From Comamonadaceae bacterium (GTDB lineage Bacteria; Pseudomonadota; Gammaproteobacteria; Burkholderiales; Burkholderiaceae_C), in assembly GCA_947374485.1 (NCBI GenBank), contig CANCCF010000067.1, positions 1-18,783 on the forward strand: a stretch of 18,783 nucleotides of DNA, in the 5' to 3' direction. The notes beneath the pieces were generated by a model. It saw only the letters and a program-made list of their open reading frames with translations, did not search any database and had not been told where the DNA came from. How positions within the stretch are numbered: the stretch's first letter is position 1; each line of letters begins with the position of its first letter. Of this stretch, positions 12,157 to 18,783 are shown piece after piece. The translations under genes and the position numbers were made by a program.

Positions 12157-14439
12157 TCAACTCTGTGAGCTATTTACAACAGGCAATGATAACGACACTT
12201 GTGCGCCCACTATCTTTCCTTCGACCACGCGGTTGCTGATGTCCACGCGCGAGCCGTGTTCATCGGCAATTTTCTTCACCACCGCCAAACCGAGGCCCGT
12301 GCCCTTGGGCTTGGTGGTGACATAGGGTTCGAAGGCGCGTTTGAGGATCGCGTCTTCAAAGCCGGGGCCCTGGTCCAGCACGCTCAGGCGCACCCGGCCC
12401 TTGGCCTGCAGCCAGTTGGTGCGCAGCACCACCGGCCCGGCCACGCTGCCATCGGCATGCGGCAGGTCGCTGGCATCCTGGGCGTTTTGCAGCAGGTTGT
12501 GGATGACCTGGCGCAGCTGCTGGGCGTCGCCGCGCACAGGCGGGCAGTTGGCGTCGAGTTCGAGCCGCACCGGCACATGGGTGGCATCGGCCTCGTAGAG
12601 TTGCTGCACGTCCTGCACCAGGGCGTTGAGGTTGACGGGCTTGAGTTCGGCCGCGGGCAGGCGGGCGTAGTCGCGGAACTCGTTGACCAGGCGCTTCATG
12701 GCGTCGACCTGGTCGACGATGGTTTTGACCGATTTGTTGAGCACCTGTTGCTCGGGCGGCAACAGCTTGCCGCTGAGCTTGATCTCCAGACGCTCGGCCG
12801 ACAGCTGAATGGGAGTGAGCGGGTTCTTAATTTCATGGGCCAGGCGCCGCGCCACCTCGCCCCAGGCCTGGGCCCGCTGGGCCGAGACGATTTCGGAGAT
12901 GTCGTCAAACACCAGCAAGCGGGCGTCCCCAGGCAGTGTCGCGCCCCGGGCAACGATGGTCAGTGCCCGGTCAAACGGTGAGTGCATGGGGGCATTGCTG
13001 CCGCCGAGCTCGAAGGTCTGCTGCCAGTGGTCGGGCTCGTGCTCCAGCTTGGCCAACATGAAGTCGGCAAACTGGGCCTGCACGGCTTGGCCAAAGTCCT
13101 GCAGGCCTGCAACACCGGCCAGCGGCTGGCCGATGTGCGCGGCCAGTGGGGCCTGCAATATGCGTGTGGCGCCGGGGTTGGCCGACAGCAACTCGCCTTG
13201 GGGGCCCAGCACAATCACCCCGGCCGTCAGGTTGTCCAGAATGGTTTGCAGATTGGCGCGTGCCGCGTCCACCTGCGCCATGCTGTGCTCTACCGCCTGC
13301 CGCGCATCGGAGAGCTGCGCGGTCATGGTGGCAAAGGCGCGGGTCAGGCCGCCGAGTTCGTCTTTGCCTTGCATGGCCAGTTTGGGTGTCAGGTCACCCG
13401 CTGCGACCTGGCTCACACCTTCTGCCAGCAACAACAAGGGGCGGGCGAGCTGGTTGCCCAGCACCACGGCCATCAGTATGGCGGCAAACACCGCCAAAAA
13501 CAGACTCAGCGTGAGGGTGCCGATGTACATGCGCTTGAGGCCCTCGCGCGCCAGCGCCCGCTCCTGGTACTCGCGGTTGGCGGTATCCACGGCCAGGGCG
13601 TTGGCCACCAGATTGCGCGGCAAGGCCTTGGAGGCCAGCAGGAAGCGCGGCTCCGGGTTCAGACCCAGGCCCGAGGCTGCCAGCGGCACCAACACGCGGA
13701 TGCGTGCGCTCGCCTGCGCATCGGAGCCTGCATCTTCCAGACCCTCAATCCAGGCGCTGGCGCGCTCAGAGCGCGCGGTGCGGAACTGGGCGCTGGTGGG
13801 CTTGTCCGGGCTGAGCTGGATGCGCGACTGCCCGCCGCTGGCCACCAGGGTACCCGCGCTGGTCCAGATGGCGGTGTCCGTGGCGCCCAGTTGGTCCACC
13901 ATCTTTTCCAGTTGGGTGCTGGCGTTGTTGTCAGACACCTCATTGAGCTGGGGTGCAGCCGCGCGCACTTTGGCGGTGAACTCGCTGGAGAGGGTGTCCA
14001 GCGTCACCCGCCCCAGACTCAGGCCTGCTTCCAAGGCCCCTTCGACCTTGACATCGAACCAGGTTTCAATCGAACGCGAGACAAACTGGTACGACACCAC
14101 GTAAATCAGCAGGCCCGGGGCAAAACCCACCAAGGCAAAAATGGCCGCGAGCTTGACCAGCAAGCGGCTGCCAAAACGCCGCTGGCGCAAACGCAGGGTG
14201 AGGCGATAGCAGACCCAGGCAATGCCCGCCAACAGCACCGCCGCCACGGCCACATTGACATAGAACAGCAGCGCGTAGTTGCGTTCATACAGGTCGCGGT
14301 TGTTGGTGGCCTGCATCAGCATGTAGAGCAGCACCATGCCAATCAGCAGCATGCACAGCGAACCCACCGTCACGGCCCGTCGCACGAGGCGCGAGCTGTG
14401 GCGCACGCTGGGCAGGGCGGCAAGGCCCGGGTCGTTCAT
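12157..14439 (-). CDS. ntrY: NtrY-like sensor histidine kinase (TM-HAMP-PAS-HisKA-HATPase)
   Basis: 760 aa. It has N-terminal hydrophobic segments and a second TM before a HAMP-like region (LARPLLLLAEGVSQVAAGDL). The H-box AHEIKNPLTPIQLSAERL is characteristic of NtrY. N/G boxes: QVIHNLLQNA, DQGPGF, GTGLGLAVVKKI. Its start overlaps the stop of the upstream gene (ATGA). Confidence 0.88.
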   Translation of the reverse strand: MNDPGLAALPSVRHSSRLVRRAVTVGSLCMLLIGMVLLYMLMQATNNRDLYERNYALLFYVNVAVAAVLLAGIAWVCYRLTLRLRQRRFGSRLLVKLAAIFALVGFAPGLLIYVVSYQFVSRSIETWFDVKVEGALEAGLSLGRVTLDTLSSEFTAKVRAAAPQLNEVSDNNASTQLEKMVDQLGATDTAIWTSAGTLVASGGQSRIQLSPDKPTSAQFRTARSERASAWIEGLEDAGSDAQASARIRVLVPLAASGLGLNPEPRFLLASKALPRNLVANALAVDTANREYQERALAREGLKRMYIGTLTLSLFLAVFAAILMAVVLGNQLARPLLLLAEGVSQVAAGDLTPKLAMQGKDELGGLTRAFATMTAQLSDARQAVEHSMAQVDAARANLQTILDNLTAGVIVLGPQGELLSANPGATRILQAPLAAHIGQPLAGVAGLQDFGQAVQAQFADFMLAKLEHEPDHWQQTFELGGSNAPMHSPFDRALTIVARGATLPGDARLLVFDDISEIVSAQRAQAWGEVARRLAHEIKNPLTPIQLSAERLEIKLSGKLLPPEQQVLNKSVKTIVDQVDAMKRLVNEFRDYARLPAAELKPVNLNALVQDVQQLYEADATHVPVRLELDANCPPVRGDAQQLRQVIHNLLQNAQDASDLPHADGSVAGPVVLRTNWLQAKGRVRLSVLDQGPGFEDAILKRAFEPYVTTKPKGTGLGLAVVKKIADEHGSRVDISNRVVEGKIVGAQVSLSLPVVNSSQS

Positions 14440-15089
14440 TTGCTGCTTTCGGCGACCAGGGGCATCAGCACGCTGGCCGAGATGTCCCAGTCGGTCTGGC
14501 CCAAGGCGCCAATCTGGAAGGGCCGGGGCAACTGGCCCAAGTCAAGTTTGAAGCGGAAGTCGAGCTTGTACTTGATGGCCGGATCCAGCTCTGCTGCATC
14601 GGCAATTTTCCACTTGGCTACGCGCTTGATGGCCGAGAGGGCCTGCGCCAGCGAGTCAAAACTCTGGTTGAGCGCCAGCCCCACGCCGCTGCTGGCCGCG
14701 GAGCCGGAGCCCACATTCAAACGCCAGCGCCGCGTCAGGGGCTGGTAGGCCAGGCGCATGTGGCGCTCGACACCCTGCACCTTTTTGTCGTACCAGTACC
14801 AGCGCTCACGCAGCACGTCGGCGCTGTAGACGAACACCATGGGGATGCCCTTGAGCAGTGCATCTTCCACCGGCGTTGGCGTTTCAAATTGCAGCTGGGC
14901 CGAGAGCAGCCACTCGTCGTCGTTGCGCTCCAGGCGCGTCTGGGTGATGTCAGTGGCGACCTGGGCTTGCGCCATGGCCGCTGCCATCAACAGCCAGGTA
15001 ACAAACAGGCGCACTGCGACGAGCAAGCCCTTGCCTTTGGGCGAGTCAAGCAGCGCGCTTTTGCAGCAGGGCGTAAAAAAATCCGTCAT
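14436..15089 (-). CDS. secreted DUF4390-like protein conserved between rsmB and ntrY
   Basis: 217 aa from ATG 15089 (GTG 15095 also possible). It has a signal-peptide-like LLVAVRLFVTWLLMAAAMAQAQ. It overlaps the rsmB 3' end by about 44 nt and is coupled to ntrY. The position matches the rsmB-DUF4390-ntrY-ntrX arrangement I recall in betaproteobacteria; the family name is from memory. Confidence 0.6.
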   Translation of the reverse strand: MTDFFTPCCKSALLDSPKGKGLLVAVRLFVTWLLMAAAMAQAQVATDITQTRLERNDDEWLLSAQLQFETPTPVEDALLKGIPMVFVYSADVLRERWYWYDKKVQGVERHMRLAYQPLTRRWRLNVGSGSAASSGVGLALNQSFDSLAQALSAIKRVAKWKIADAAELDPAIKYKLDFRFKLDLGQLPRPFQIGALGQTDWDISASVLMPLVAESSK

Positions 15090-16368
15090 GGTCACCCTGC
15101 CGATTGTCTGGGAGGCGGCCGGCTTTATCAGGTATTGCCGGGATTAAATGGCCTGGCGAGGGCAGCAGCCGGGCGCCGGTGTTGTGTGCAAGAAACGTTT
15201 GCACCTGCAGCGCGCCTTCGGCCAGAAACACCGAGCAGGTGCAGTACAGCAGGCGCCCGCCTGGGGCCACAAGGGGCCAGAGGGCCTGCAGCAGTTGGCT
15301 TTGCAGGGCGGCGAGTTGGGCAATGTCGGTTTCGCGGCGCAGCCAGCGCACATCGGGGTGGCGGCGCACGATGCCGGAGGCGGTGCAGGGGGCGTCGAGC
15401 AGGATGGCATCAAAAGGCTGGCCATCCCACCACAGGTCGGGGCGGGCGGCGTCGGCGGCCAGCACCTCGGCCTTTAGCCCCAAGCGCGCGAGGTTCTGGC
15501 CTATGCGTTCACAGCGGCTGGCATCCACATCCAGCGCCGTGACCTGGGCTGCGCCCAGCTCCAGCAAATGCCCGGTCTTGCCACCGGGGGCGGCGCAGGC
15601 GTCCAGCACACGCAGGGTATTTCCGGGCAGCCCTTCAAGCAGCAAGGGCGCGGCGAGCTGGGCTGCCGCATCCTGCACCGAGACGCGGCCGCTGGCAAAG
15701 CCCGGTAGCTGGCCTACCGGCACGGCGCGCGCGAGTTCAATGCCGCTGGCACCCACTGCGTGGGCGGCAATGCCGCAGGCCTGCAGCTCGCTCAGATAGC
15801 CTTCCACCGTGGTCTGCAATGTGTTCAACCGCAGGGTCATGGGGGCCTGGCGGTTGGCACTTTGCAACAGGGCCTGCCACGCGTTGGGGTGGTCAGTCTT
15901 CAAGCGCTTGATCCACCAGGAGGGATGGTTCCAGCGTGCCACCGGGTCGGTGTCGGTGGCGGCCACCAGCGCCTCGCGCTCGCGCAAAAAACGGCGCAGG
16001 CAGGCGTTGACAAAGCTGGCCTGCGCACGGGTGTCGCTCTGGCGCTTGGCGGCTTCCACGGCCTGGTTTACGAGAGTGAAGGCGTCATAAGGCGCGCCTG
16101 CATCGGTCCAGGCCAGGGCCAGGGCCACACACAGCAAGGCATCGACGGTCGGCGGCGGGGGACGCTTGGCCAGCTGCTTGCGCAGGGCCTCGGCGCGGCC
16201 CAGGTTGCGCCAGGCGTGAAAGGCCAGGGCCTGCACGGCAGGACGCAAATCGGCCTGCACGCCCTGCACTGCCGCGCCACCGGACTGGCCCTCGCGCACA
16301 GCCTGCACCACCTGGGCGGTGGCCTGCAGTTGCCGCCACAACGGCACTTGTTCTTGCTTGTTTTGCAT
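15046..16368 (-). CDS. rsmB: 16S rRNA (cytosine967-C5)-methyltransferase RsmB/Sun
   Basis: 440 aa. It has an N-terminal NusB-like region, the SAM site VLDACAAPGGKT, and catalytic motifs ILLDAPCTASGIVRRHPD and LLYCTCSVF. Confidence 0.9.
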   Translation of the reverse strand: MQNKQEQVPLWRQLQATAQVVQAVREGQSGGAAVQGVQADLRPAVQALAFHAWRNLGRAEALRKQLAKRPPPPTVDALLCVALALAWTDAGAPYDAFTLVNQAVEAAKRQSDTRAQASFVNACLRRFLREREALVAATDTDPVARWNHPSWWIKRLKTDHPNAWQALLQSANRQAPMTLRLNTLQTTVEGYLSELQACGIAAHAVGASGIELARAVPVGQLPGFASGRVSVQDAAAQLAAPLLLEGLPGNTLRVLDACAAPGGKTGHLLELGAAQVTALDVDASRCERIGQNLARLGLKAEVLAADAARPDLWWDGQPFDAILLDAPCTASGIVRRHPDVRWLRRETDIAQLAALQSQLLQALWPLVAPGGRLLYCTCSVFLAEGALQVQTFLAHNTGARLLPSPGHLIPAIPDKAGRLPDNRQGDHDGFFYALLQKRAA

Positions 16369-16387
16369 TGTTCTTCTTGCTTGCGTT

Positions 16388-16915
16388 CTACAACGTACCT
16401 GCCTCTTTGAAGCCCATCATCGCCACCACCAGGCTGGCCGGAAACTGGTCCAGCGCCTGGTTGTAGCGTTCCACGATCTGGTTGAAGCCCCCGCGCGCGG
16501 TGCGCACTTTCAGTGCCGCCTCATCCCACAGCTTTTGCATAGCCTCGGGCATGGTGGGCCCGGCCAAATCGGCGGGCGCCTCGCGCAACACCGTCCAAGC
16601 GGTTTCTATCGCATCCACGGTCTGCGCCAGAGTTTGCAGCGGATCTGCTTGCAGCGGTGCGGCCCGAGCCGCCTTGCACTGCGCGTCCAAGGCCTTGACG
16701 CTGCTGACCAAGGCCGCCCATTCCATCGGGATATACGAACCCTCTTCATCCGGAAACTGCGCATTGAGCAGGCCGGTGTAACTCTTGAGCTGCTTCTCCA
16801 CCGAACCCAGCGCATCCAGCCCCCGCGCGCGCATGCGCATGAGCCGGTTGTACAGGCCCACACACCAGAACACCGTGGTGGCAGCCAGCAAACCCAACAG
16901 GACAGACGCACTCAT
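16388..16915 (-). CDS. LemA-family membrane-anchored protein (175 aa)
   Basis: An N-terminal TM is followed by LYNRLMRMR. The C-terminus RGGFNQIVERYNQALDQFPASLVVAMMGF matches the LemA pattern (R..YN..V..YN.....FP......GF). ATG 16915 is preferred because the longer ORF (to 16963) would overlap the rpoC terminator hairpin. Confidence 0.6.
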   Translation of the reverse strand: MSASVLLGLLAATTVFWCVGLYNRLMRMRARGLDALGSVEKQLKSYTGLLNAQFPDEEGSYIPMEWAALVSSVKALDAQCKAARAAPLQADPLQTLAQTVDAIETAWTVLREAPADLAGPTMPEAMQKLWDEAALKVRTARGGFNQIVERYNQALDQFPASLVVAMMGFKEAGTL

Positions 16916-16954
16916 GCGGCCAGCATACTGGCTAAAGCCTGGGCCCCAATGCAA

Positions 16955-17019
16955 ACGCCCCAAGCCTGCGTCAAGCGGGCTTGGGGCGTTAACCCGGGGC
17001 TGGCGCGTGCCAGCCCCGG
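16955..17019 (-). terminator. tandem GC-rich hairpins downstream of rpoC
   Basis: In minus-strand order: CCGGGGCTGGC-ACGC-GCCAGCCCCGG (11-bp perfect stem, 16994-17019), then ACGCCCCAAGCC-(11-nt loop)-GGCTTGGGGCGT (12-bp stem, 16955-16989) followed by TTGCATT. Confidence 0.6.
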
Positions 17020-17034
17020 CAGGGTCACGGGCAA

Positions 17035-18783
<1,749 letters not shown>

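Overview
The backbone is high-GC and looks betaproteobacterial (Burkholderiales/Comamonadaceae-like, judged from protein sequences and composition). It carries rep helicase (61-2193, +) and a convergent hypothetical gene. On the minus strand it carries rpoC (3' part, runs off the window), a LemA-like gene and a translationally coupled rsmB-DUF4390-ntrY-ntrX operon, followed by tRNA-Phe. About 8 kb of visibly AT-richer accessory DNA sits at a tRNA-Phe/tRNA-Gly locus and splits into two parts. (1) A 6.0-kb integrase-bearing island (5258-11351) is bounded by an exact 45-bp direct repeat of the tRNA-Phe 3' portion. It encodes a P4-type-length tyrosine integrase, a very AT-rich lipoprotein, a 327-aa unknown protein, a 188-aa catalytic-domain-only (FimB/FimE-like architecture) tyrosine recombinase, a small protein with HUH Rep-like motifs, and two small unknowns. 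(2) An integrase-less islet carries an orphan two-domain GT2 glycosyltransferase. It lies between an intact tRNA-Gly(GCC) and a degenerate tRNA-Gly-like remnant. The best candidate for something undescribed is the module 6436-9140. It comprises the HUH-motif protein with a downstream hairpin, the minimal tyrosine recombinase, and two near-identical 19-bp palindromes that bracket the promoter region and gene of the 327-aa protein. No CRISPR array, rRNA or recognisable IS element was seen. All functional calls rest on motif recognition by eye; no database search was possible.
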